The position numbers and the translations under genes are program-made. A stretch of 44,183 nucleotides of DNA from Candidatus Dojkabacteria bacterium (GTDB taxonomy: Bacteria > Patescibacteriota > Dojkabacteria > GCA-002793355). Shown piece by piece: positions 30,286 to 41,223 of this stretch. The notes under the pieces were generated by a model. That model saw only the letters and a program-made list of their open reading frames with translations, was not told the DNA's origin and did not search any database. Each line of letters begins with the position of its first letter. Within the stretch, counting starts at the first letter, position 1. The stretch is taken from NCBI GenBank assembly GCA_030583825.1, contig CP129477.1, positions 576,308 to 620,490 of the forward strand, read 5' to 3'.

Positions 30286-33200
30286 ATGAAAGACAGGATA
30301 AGCATTAACAAAATTTGGAAATGGATAGGAGTGTCTCTTCCTCTTTTCGTGGTATTTATACTTCTTGGGTGGGCATCATTTACAAAAAATGTAAATGCGG
30401 TGTGGTTTAACGACTTATGGCAGTATCGCCAAAAAGTAACATTAGGCACTGTCACAACAGAGTTAGTCGGGTACCAGGTGCAATTAACAGGAATTAATAC
30501 GCAAGCTCTGTATAACGCAGGAAAGTTGCAGGCAAATTGTGAGGATCTTCGCTTTACAGATATAGACGGAAAGTTGCTTGAGTACTGGGTAGAAGATAAA
30601 GGAGTCACCTGCCAAAATAGTACTTCTACTGATATTTGGGTCAAAACAACGCGACTTGCTGTTGGAGGAACCACTCTGTATATGTATTATGGCAATTCGA
30701 CGGCTTCGTCATATCAAAGTGCAAGAAAAACGTTCGACTTTTTCGAAGATTTTAATGGTGTGACTCTTGACTCGACCGTATGGACAAATTCCGGAAGTCC
30801 GTCTTTATCATCAGGAAGGCTACAACTGCTCAATGATCAGGCAATTCGATCGTTTGCGGAATTTAGCGCAAATACGCGAATTATTATGCGTGCAAGTCAG
30901 CCATCAACAGCGTTAAATACCGCAATTATGGGACTCTCGAATACAGTATTAGCTTCACCATTTAATACTGACGACTCTCTTGGTTTTAACTTTGATTCAA
31001 CAACAGGTAGCAACTTCGAAGTTATGCTCAGCAATGATGGAACGACTGCAACGAATAATACAAGTTTGGCAGAAAATACCGCAGATAATGAGTTCGAACT
31101 TGGATGGGCTCCTTCCACAATTACTTACTTTATTAACAACACTTCTCGAGGAAGCTCTTCAGTAAGCGGGAATATTGCTAATGAGCCAGTAAATATTCGT
31201 ATTCAGAATTCTTCGGCAACAGATACCTTTTCGGTTGATTGGGTAGGCATTGCAAAGTATGCGTCGTCGTTACCTGCGACAGTATCGTTTGATACGGAAG
31301 AAAAGGGAAGATCCCCGATTGTGTATCTTTCTTTCGACGAAGGGCAAGGTCAGGAAGTAAGGTCTACAGCAGGAAAAGGATTAATCGGATATTTAGGTGG
31401 TTCAGCGTCTGTAGAAGCGGCTGATCCAGTATGGCGTGATGATTGTATAAAAGGAAACTGCTTATATTTTGATGGTACAAACGATATTCTCGATATTGCA
31501 CACGATGCAATTATGAACCTTGGCACTGGAGACTTTACAGTCAGTATGTGGGCAAAATATCCATCGCAAGTTGGAGGAACATTTAACTACAGCATGCTTG
31601 TAACAAAAGCTTCTAATCCGAATCCTCCATATGAGGGACTCACAGTCTTTGTTGATGAGCCGACAAATGCGAATCTTCAATTCCGTGTAAACTCTGCAAA
31701 TGCTCTGAGCACCACAGTTGGTGGGTTAAATAACTACGAGTGGAAACACTTTATTTTCCGCCGTCAGGGCACTGAACTTCGAGTGTATGTGAACGGAAAA
31801 TCTATTGCGTCAGGGACTGTAGCGAGTATCAATATTAATAATACTGCGCCGCTTCGTTTTGGATCAAACCATATTGTAACAACAAGTCAGAATTATCAAG
31901 GGTATATTGATGAATTCAAGCTTTGGAATGTCGCACTTACCGAGGCAGAAATTCTCCAACAATATAATTCAACTTCTACAGTAATAGGCGAGAGCAAAAA
32001 ACCGCAAATTAACGGCCAAGTCGCGTGGTGGAAGATGGATGAAGCGCTGTGGAATGGAACATCAGGCGAAGTTAAGGATGCCGGAGGGTTGGGGATGAAT
32101 GGAACTTCTACAGGAAGTGCCGCTGTAGGGGTGGGAAAATATGGCAATGGAGGGAGCCTTAATGGCTCAACTGCGTATGTTAATGTCGCAGATAATTCAT
32201 ATCTTGATAGGAATGATATCGGACTATCTCTATGGGTAAACCGCGCTGTATCAACTGGATTTCATGGAATAATCGCAAAAGATACAAATGCCGTATGGAA
32301 CGGACAGACAAACTATCAATTACTCTTTACAAATGGCGGAGCACCGGGTACAACGGCAAATGGAGCACTTGAGCTCCGCTGGGAAACTAGTGGAGGTGGA
32401 AAGGTCGTTGCAAACACGCAAGGAGTAGCTTTTAACTCCACAAATACTTGGTATCACATCGCTGCAAATCGCTGGCAAATGCCTTCTGGAGAATACGCCG
32501 CGTCTCTCTTTGTTAACGGAGTAGAGCAGGTACTGTCATGTTATTTTGACCCAGGAAGTGGATGGGTACAGTATGAATGTAACAAAATTCCTGGAACAGT
32601 CGTGCATAACAATGGGAACTTTCAAATTGGCAGATATGGCGGAGGACAATATTTTAATGGAAGAATCGATGAAGTGAGAGTATTTAGCCGAGCACTGAAC
32701 GCAGAAGAGGCTCAAACACTAACACAGTATCTTCCCTCTGTAATCCAGCACTGGAAATTTGACGAAAGAACCGGAAATACAGCAAAAACTTCAGCTATTG
32801 GGGGTGTCGATACCACGCTCACAAATATGGAAAATACAGATTGGGTAACAGGAGTCCGGGGTAATGCGCTTACTTTTGATGGGGTAGATGAATATGCTTC
32901 TGCAGGAAATCTTGTATCTTCAGCGTTGCGACAGTTTACTTTCAGTTGGTGGGTAAATGTAAATTCTTTTACAAATGCAAATTATATGTCGCTTTTCTGT
33001 CAGGCCGAAGGAGTGTATCCGTCATCTTTGAATAACTTCTGTTTTTATGCCGGGAATGGAGCATCTGCATTTGGATTACAGGGGAAATGGTCTGATGGTA
33101 CAGCACTTGATGCTCGAACTAATATTCCGTTTGGCACTAGCACTTGGAAAATGATCACCGTGACTTATGATGGCACTACATTACGCCAGTATGTCGACGG

Positions 33201-35367
33201 AAAACAAATAAATAGTGTCAGTTACGCGAATAAGTCTCTTGCAAACGCAAATACATTCACTATTGGAAGAGGGTACGCATATCCAAGCGCTCTTGTAACA
33301 ACCTACTTTGACGGCAAAATAGACGACTTTAAAGTGTATAACTATGCAATGTCAGCAGTGGATATTCTTGCAGACTATTCAAATGACGCCTCACTTTCTT
33401 CATCTGAAACCGGGCTGATACGACATTATCAAATGGAAGAATTAGGTTGGAATGGAACAACCGGCGAAGTAATAGACTCTTCTGGCTATTCAAACCATGG
33501 AACAGCGATGAATGGGGCAACAACTTCGACAATGAGCAAAATCGGTCTTCGTGCGGGGCAACTTGATGGCAACAATGACTGGATTAATATTGGAGATCCA
33601 GGAAGTGATGTGCAAACCATTGCGTTCTGGTTCAATACATCAAATGCTGCAACCGATAAAAGACTACTTAGTGCAACAAATGGAGGGACAGGTAAATTTT
33701 CGTTGAGATTTTCAAGTAATACATTACAAGCATGGGATGGAGGGGTATGGAGAACTATTTCCACAGCATTTGTTACAACAGGAACTTGGTATCACGTAGC
33801 TCTTGTATTTGGTGAAGGGGGAAATGGTGTTACAACCTATATCAATGGTGTACAAGACGGAAGTAGTAGCGCAACATTTAACAATTTTAGCGCAAATTTT
33901 GGTCTTGGAGTTATTTTTCAAGGCTCACATGGAGGATATTATAGTGGCTATATCGATGACTTTCGGTTTTATACCGAACCAGTGGATACAGCTACAATTA
34001 CGAGGCTTTCAAGTAATGATCCAAGCGCAGCACAAAGGCTTTTTGCCGGATCTGAAATAAAAGCTCCTACTGCTTTAATTCATTTGAAAATGGATGAAAA
34101 ATCTGGAACAACAGCAATAAACAATGGCACTATGCTTTCAAGTGGAAATGCCACATTAAATAATTTCAGCTCTACTCCGTGGAGATTCGGAAAAATCGGA
34201 AATTCATTACTTTTTGACGGAACAGACGACTTTGTTTCAACGCCAGATCATGCGAGTTTTGTGTGGGGAAATGCTGTTACTGTATCTACGTGGTTTAAAA
34301 CAGGAAGTATTACGACTGCGAAATCTCTTGTTGCGAAAACGGGAGAATCTTCGGGAATGGAATTTCATCTTAGTCTTGAAACTGACGGTCGTGTCAGGTG
34401 TTGGGTATCTAATAACGGTACAGCTTCAGGTACTTTTGCGTATAGTAGAGCAGTAAATTACACCGACAATACGTGGCATTTTGCATCCTGCGTATATAAT
34501 GGCTCAACGCTCCAGGTGCAGGTTGATGGGCATACAGGAACGGCAGTTGCTAGAACTGGGGCTATATTTAATGGCACGCAGCCCTTAACAATCGGGGGCA
34601 ATACAGCATGGACTGGTGCCAACTGGATGTTTAATGGTCAAATAGATAATGTAAAAATCTGGAATTCTGCGCTTTCTATTCGAGATATCATGGTTGAATA
34701 TAACCAAGGAAGGCCGTTACATTGGTGGAACTTTGATAGTGGCGAAGGAACTGTTTCTTACGATATTGCCAGTAAAATTAATGGAACGATGACTAACTTT
34801 ACTCCATCAACTGCATGGAGAAGTGGAGCAGACTGCAAGCTAAATAAATGCTTGCAATTCGATGGAATAAACGATTACATAACCACTCCTCCGATATATA
34901 TTGGCACAGAATATACTATATCTGGCTGGTTTAAAACGAGTGCTGCACATGCCGGGGGAGGAGATATCTTTGCACTTACAAGTTCTGGTTCTCTCCATGG
35001 AGTCCTTATTGAAATGACTGGCGGAGAGGTTCGATTTTTGCATAGAATGCCCACGGGAAACATCGGTGGCCCGAACATTTTTTCACCATTAACAAACTAT
35101 AATAATGGTCAGTGGCATCACTTTGTGGCAACAGGGCAAGGAAGCGGAGCAATGAATCTATATCTAGATGGACGGTTGGTCGGAACAAATACGACGGGTG
35201 CACCTTTTATGCAGACATTATTTTTGACAATGGGAAGACTTTCTCAGACCTCGGACACTCGCTACTTTAATGGAATGATAGATGAAATCAAGGTATTCCC
35301 GTACGCCTTTAATGAAACTGATGTGAAAGTGGATTATAACTTGGGGGCTGCGTTACGATTTGAATAA
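30286..35367 (+). CDS. Giant secreted DUF2341 + LamG repeat protein D (1693 aa)
   Basis: Signal peptide, DUF2341, six LamG modules; ends DYNLGAALRFE. Confidence 0.9.
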   Translation: MKDRISINKIWKWIGVSLPLFVVFILLGWASFTKNVNAVWFNDLWQYRQKVTLGTVTTELVGYQVQLTGINTQALYNAGKLQANCEDLRFTDIDGKLLEYWVEDKGVTCQNSTSTDIWVKTTRLAVGGTTLYMYYGNSTASSYQSARKTFDFFEDFNGVTLDSTVWTNSGSPSLSSGRLQLLNDQAIRSFAEFSANTRIIMRASQPSTALNTAIMGLSNTVLASPFNTDDSLGFNFDSTTGSNFEVMLSNDGTTATNNTSLAENTADNEFELGWAPSTITYFINNTSRGSSSVSGNIANEPVNIRIQNSSATDTFSVDWVGIAKYASSLPATVSFDTEEKGRSPIVYLSFDEGQGQEVRSTAGKGLIGYLGGSASVEAADPVWRDDCIKGNCLYFDGTNDILDIAHDAIMNLGTGDFTVSMWAKYPSQVGGTFNYSMLVTKASNPNPPYEGLTVFVDEPTNANLQFRVNSANALSTTVGGLNNYEWKHFIFRRQGTELRVYVNGKSIASGTVASININNTAPLRFGSNHIVTTSQNYQGYIDEFKLWNVALTEAEILQQYNSTSTVIGESKKPQINGQVAWWKMDEALWNGTSGEVKDAGGLGMNGTSTGSAAVGVGKYGNGGSLNGSTAYVNVADNSYLDRNDIGLSLWVNRAVSTGFHGIIAKDTNAVWNGQTNYQLLFTNGGAPGTTANGALELRWETSGGGKVVANTQGVAFNSTNTWYHIAANRWQMPSGEYAASLFVNGVEQVLSCYFDPGSGWVQYECNKIPGTVVHNNGNFQIGRYGGGQYFNGRIDEVRVFSRALNAEEAQTLTQYLPSVIQHWKFDERTGNTAKTSAIGGVDTTLTNMENTDWVTGVRGNALTFDGVDEYASAGNLVSSALRQFTFSWWVNVNSFTNANYMSLFCQAEGVYPSSLNNFCFYAGNGASAFGLQGKWSDGTALDARTNIPFGTSTWKMITVTYDGTTLRQYVDGKQINSVSYANKSLANANTFTIGRGYAYPSALVTTYFDGKIDDFKVYNYAMSAVDILADYSNDASLSSSETGLIRHYQMEELGWNGTTGEVIDSSGYSNHGTAMNGATTSTMSKIGLRAGQLDGNNDWINIGDPGSDVQTIAFWFNTSNAATDKRLLSATNGGTGKFSLRFSSNTLQAWDGGVWRTISTAFVTTGTWYHVALVFGEGGNGVTTYINGVQDGSSSATFNNFSANFGLGVIFQGSHGGYYSGYIDDFRFYTEPVDTATITRLSSNDPSAAQRLFAGSEIKAPTALIHLKMDEKSGTTAINNGTMLSSGNATLNNFSSTPWRFGKIGNSLLFDGTDDFVSTPDHASFVWGNAVTVSTWFKTGSITTAKSLVAKTGESSGMEFHLSLETDGRVRCWVSNNGTASGTFAYSRAVNYTDNTWHFASCVYNGSTLQVQVDGHTGTAVARTGAIFNGTQPLTIGGNTAWTGANWMFNGQIDNVKIWNSALSIRDIMVEYNQGRPLHWWNFDSGEGTVSYDIASKINGTMTNFTPSTAWRSGADCKLNKCLQFDGINDYITTPPIYIGTEYTISGWFKTSAAHAGGGDIFALTSSGSLHGVLIEMTGGEVRFLHRMPTGNIGGPNIFSPLTNYNNGQWHHFVATGQGSGAMNLYLDGRLVGTNTTGAPFMQTLFLTMGRLSQTSDTRYFNGMIDEIKVFPYAFNETDVKVDYNLGAALRFE

Positions 35368-35523
35368 TGCGTCGCTTGTAATTCGTGAAAGGAAATACTC
35401 GGTTCTAAACGCAAAATATTCAATGAAGTTTGCTAAACCTGCGTGCCTTTCACTCATTACTCGCTCCGCATAAGAAACGTATCTCATGTCTTGGGTTTCG
35501 TCTCACCTTCGCTCCGCATTAAC
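35365..35523 (+). repeat. Composite TCGCTC-family repeat cluster after gene D
   Basis: TAA-TGCG-TCGCTT ... TCGCTCCGCAT (35461 and 35509); outer arms TAATGCG/CGCATTA are complementary; homologous to 2500-2597 and 36715-36732. Confidence 0.75.
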
Positions 35524-35641
35524 TCTCGAAAACTATGCGTGTTTTTATTCAATAGCTCTCAGTATAAGCTATGGAGAGATCTGCCTCAATCGCTGATTTC
35601 AATCACTTGCGAATTGCAGTCAAATCATGCTATAAAGCAAC

Positions 35642-36640
35642 ATGGATATGACAATAAATAACAACGACAAACCTCTTAACCGATTGCAGTATGCAGGGTC
35701 GGAGACGCCCGTATTTCCTCAGGGTTTCCCTCAGCAGACAGAAAGCAATAACAATATTCCGTCGGTACAAAGTCAGTCCGTTCCTAATTCTGCTCCACAA
35801 ACAAGCGCAGAACCTATAAATCAAGTGCTTCAAGATATGCAAAATCAATCTATTCCAAATCAAATGCCATTACAGCAGCAGCCTATGACAACAGCATCTG
35901 TAACAGGTAAGCCAAATGCAGCAAGCGTAAACAAACCAAACATGACCATGATTGTTGCAGGAATTCTTTTTGCAGGCTTAGCAACAGGATTCGCAGGCAT
36001 GAGCTATATGTATTTGCAGGAAAGAGCAAAAACAGCAGGCCAGGAGTCAGTTCTTGGAACAAAAGAACAGCGAGAATATACAGAAATTATGAGTGAAATT
36101 CGTGGGTTAGTTAACCTTCCAGAAGATGAGAAAATCAATATCGCAAGAATTGATAATCCAGACACATTAAAGCAACAGAATCCAGAATTTTATATGAATG
36201 CACAAGTAGGTCACTATCTTGCAGTTATGCCATCAAGCCAGAGAGTATTGATTTACGACAGATCAGCAAAGAAAATTGTAAACTTTTCGTCATACTCAAT
36301 TCGTGTTGAACTTATTCCTGAAAAAGAGATTCCTGAAACGGAAAAGCCATTGAAAATTGAAATTCGTGCGACATCGTTTGCAGATGCAGAAAAAGTAAAA
36401 ACTTTGGAGTCAGCATTGAAGTCAGCAAGCAAATTCTACGATGTGACACAGGTCAAAAACTCCGATGTGAATAAAGAATTTAAAGGAATGCAGGTTGTTC
36501 TTTTGAACAGAAATGCAAAGCCAAAACTTTCACAGAATATTGTTGCTCACATTGGTTCTAACAATGTCGTCGAGAAAATGCCAGAAGGAGAAACTCCATC
36601 AACCGCAGATGTTGTGGTAATTGTTGGAAAACTGAACTAA
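35642..36640 (+). CDS. Membrane protein with C-terminal LytR_C-like domain
   Basis: Gln/Pro-rich N-terminus; one TM; LVNLPEDEKINIARIDNPDTLK...FYMNAQ.G segment; C-terminal KIEIR...PEGETPSTADVVVIVGK. Confidence 0.72.
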   Translation: MDMTINNNDKPLNRLQYAGSETPVFPQGFPQQTESNNNIPSVQSQSVPNSAPQTSAEPINQVLQDMQNQSIPNQMPLQQQPMTTASVTGKPNAASVNKPNMTMIVAGILFAGLATGFAGMSYMYLQERAKTAGQESVLGTKEQREYTEIMSEIRGLVNLPEDEKINIARIDNPDTLKQQNPEFYMNAQVGHYLAVMPSSQRVLIYDRSAKKIVNFSSYSIRVELIPEKEIPETEKPLKIEIRATSFADAEKVKTLESALKSASKFYDVTQVKNSDVNKEFKGMQVVLLNRNAKPKLSQNIVAHIGSNNVVEKMPEGETPSTADVVVIVGKLN

Positions 36641-36803
36641 GGCGTAGCTCAGGTTCGTCTCAATGTCCAAAGGTTTGAAGACACATACGTCCTACAAACA
36701 CTTTGGGATTTCGCCTCACCTTCGCTCCGCATAAAACTATTCTCGCTTGGGATATCTTCAAATTCTCTTCATGCTATCAATTGCTCACCTTTTCTCCGCA
36801 ATA
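36638..36803 (+). repeat. TCGCTC-family repeat cluster after the LytR_C gene
   Basis: TAA-GGCG-TAGCTC-AGGT...ACCT-TCGCTC-CGC; 18-bp CTCACCTTCGCTCCGCAT identical to 35502-35519; degenerate third copy at 36784-36800. Confidence 0.75.
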
Positions 36804-36922
36804 ATTAGTCCATATTGCGCTTTTTCCTTGCAAACGCAGTGAGTTTCTAATTAGTGAAAGCAGGTTACTCCAAAAAGTAACTTTTGGAGCCGTAATACAG
36901 TCTCTCAACGCACGAGGGGTTA

Positions 36923-36951
36923 TTGCAAATTCATACAAATCAGTGTATAAT
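36923..36951 (+). promoter_or_regulatory. 23S rRNA promoter P1 (putative)
   Basis: TTGCAA-N17-TATAAT. Confidence 0.7.
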
Positions 36952-37008
36952 TCTATTCAGAAACTAGAAAATCAAATCCAACGATTCCTCAATTAAAAAA
37001 TGTACTCC

Positions 37009-37037
37009 TTGTAAAAGGCATTAGTCGCTGGTATAAT
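37009..37037 (+). promoter_or_regulatory. 23S rRNA promoter P2 (putative)
   Basis: TTGTAA-N17-TATAAT with extended TG and an upstream A-tract. Confidence 0.75.
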
Positions 37038-37184
37038 ACTGCACGCACATAAAACTAACCTCCAGAATCTACGGAAAATAAGGAAGAAAGAAGTTCTCTT
37101 GTCAAAGAGGATTTCAACTTTCTTTAAGTCCTAATCTCACGTTTTCGTGTAAGTGAGAAACGATCGCCACTTCGTTGGTGATTG

Positions 37185-37212
37185 TCGGAACTTTGACAAT
37201 TGAATAGGTGGT
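37185..37212 (+). other. 5' arm of the pre-23S processing stem (contains boxA-like ACTTTGACAA)
   Basis: Pairs with 40406-40433: 25 Watson-Crick pairs, 2 G-U pairs and 1 mismatch over 28 nt. Confidence 0.85.
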
Positions 37213-40342
<3,130 letters not shown>

Positions 40343-40405
40343 ATTTATCTTTGAGCTTGCTTGAAGATAAAGGCGCGTAGTTACAATAGGAACGAAACGC
40401 CCAAA

Positions 40406-40433
40406 ACCACCTATTCAGTTGTAAAAGTTTCGA
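40406..40433 (+). other. 3' arm of the pre-23S processing stem
   Basis: Complementary to 37185-37212; followed by TTCTCAC and AGGACT, which complement GTGAGAA and AGTCCT in the leader. Confidence 0.85.
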
Positions 40434-40486
40434 ACTTCTCACAAGAAGGACTCGATTTTCACAAACTTTTTATAGAAACAAATTCT

Positions 40487-40864
40487 TTATGAGAGATACT
40501 TTTTGGCAGCATTTTTAAGTTTTCTGTCAAAAGTGACAAGTTGAGATTTTTTTCGTTTTGCAATTGCAAGAATCATACAATCATTAGCTTTTAATGATCG
40601 TCTTGTTCGTGAAGGTAAAGTTTTTATGAATGCAATGTCTTTTGCTTCAGAAAATTCTAGTTCCTCAGCAATTTCATCAACGAATTTGCTGAAAGGATAG
40701 TCCTCGCCTGAAGCATACAACTCTACAAGCGCATTAAATGGTACATGTAGGGGTAGTTCTTCTTCAAGTAGCTGAGCATAAATTTCATGTGCTTTTCTAT
40801 GTAAAATATCATCAGGCACAAACAGTGCGTAGAGAAAGCTTGAATCTAAAATGTATTTAGTCAT
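40487..40864 (-). CDS. vapC: PIN-domain (VapC-type) toxin
   Basis: ILDSSFLYAL...D..H..A, LVE, NDCMILAIA and LVTFDRKL (PIN acidic residues); overlaps the antitoxin stop by 8 nt. Confidence 0.9.
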   Translation of the reverse strand: MTKYILDSSFLYALFVPDDILHRKAHEIYAQLLEEELPLHVPFNALVELYASGEDYPFSKFVDEIAEELEFSEAKDIAFIKTLPSRTRRSLKANDCMILAIAKRKKSQLVTFDRKLKNAAKKYLS

Positions 40865-41117
40865 CTTTACGCATGAATTGTTTTAGCTCTCTCCCACTTT
40901 TGAAATACTTCGGTTTGTAATGCTTATATTTATTAATTAACTCTAAAAGCTTCTGATGGCGTGCCTTTTTTGTACTTAAGATAACGTCTTTTGATATAAG
41001 AGTCATCTCTTTTTTCTCTGGCTTTTCTTTAACAATACGAATATGTTTTCCTTCGAAGAGTTGTTCGAGATAATAGCCGGCGTTATTTTGGAACTTTGTA
41101 GAGCTTACTGTTATCAT
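40857..41117 (-). CDS. Phd/YefM-family antitoxin
   Basis: MITVSSTKFQNNAGYYLEQL..GKHIRIVK; 86 aa, directly upstream of the PIN gene. Confidence 0.82.
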   Translation of the reverse strand: MITVSSTKFQNNAGYYLEQLFEGKHIRIVKEKPEKKEMTLISKDVILSTKKARHQKLLELINKYKHYKPKYFKSGRELKQFMRKDD

Positions 41118-41120
41118 TTT

Positions 41121-41178
41121 ATAGCTAACAAATAAATATTATTGTAGCTATTATAACGTGGCAATAATATATTGTCTA
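41121..41178 (-). promoter_or_regulatory. TA operon promoter and palindromic operator
   Basis: Minus strand TAGACA-N17-TATAAT; inverted repeat ATAGCTA...TAGCTAT (41121-41151) abuts the -10 box. Confidence 0.7.
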
Positions 41179-41223
41179 CCAAGCTAAATACTCAATACTC
41201 CTGCTTTTATAGAGAAAATATTT

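Noticed and set aside
8443-35203. Many 60-200-aa antisense or alternate-frame ORFs in the giant genes
   Set aside because: By-products of codon bias in long repetitive CDS; no independent signals.
13156-35367. Diversity-generating retroelement acting on the LamG genes
   Set aside because: No reverse transcriptase, and no template/variable pair differing only at adenines was seen; paralogue differences involve all bases.
7862-35367. Alternative genetic code 25 (TGA=Gly)
   Set aside because: Very long Gly-rich ORFs are open under code 11 with no in-frame TGA.
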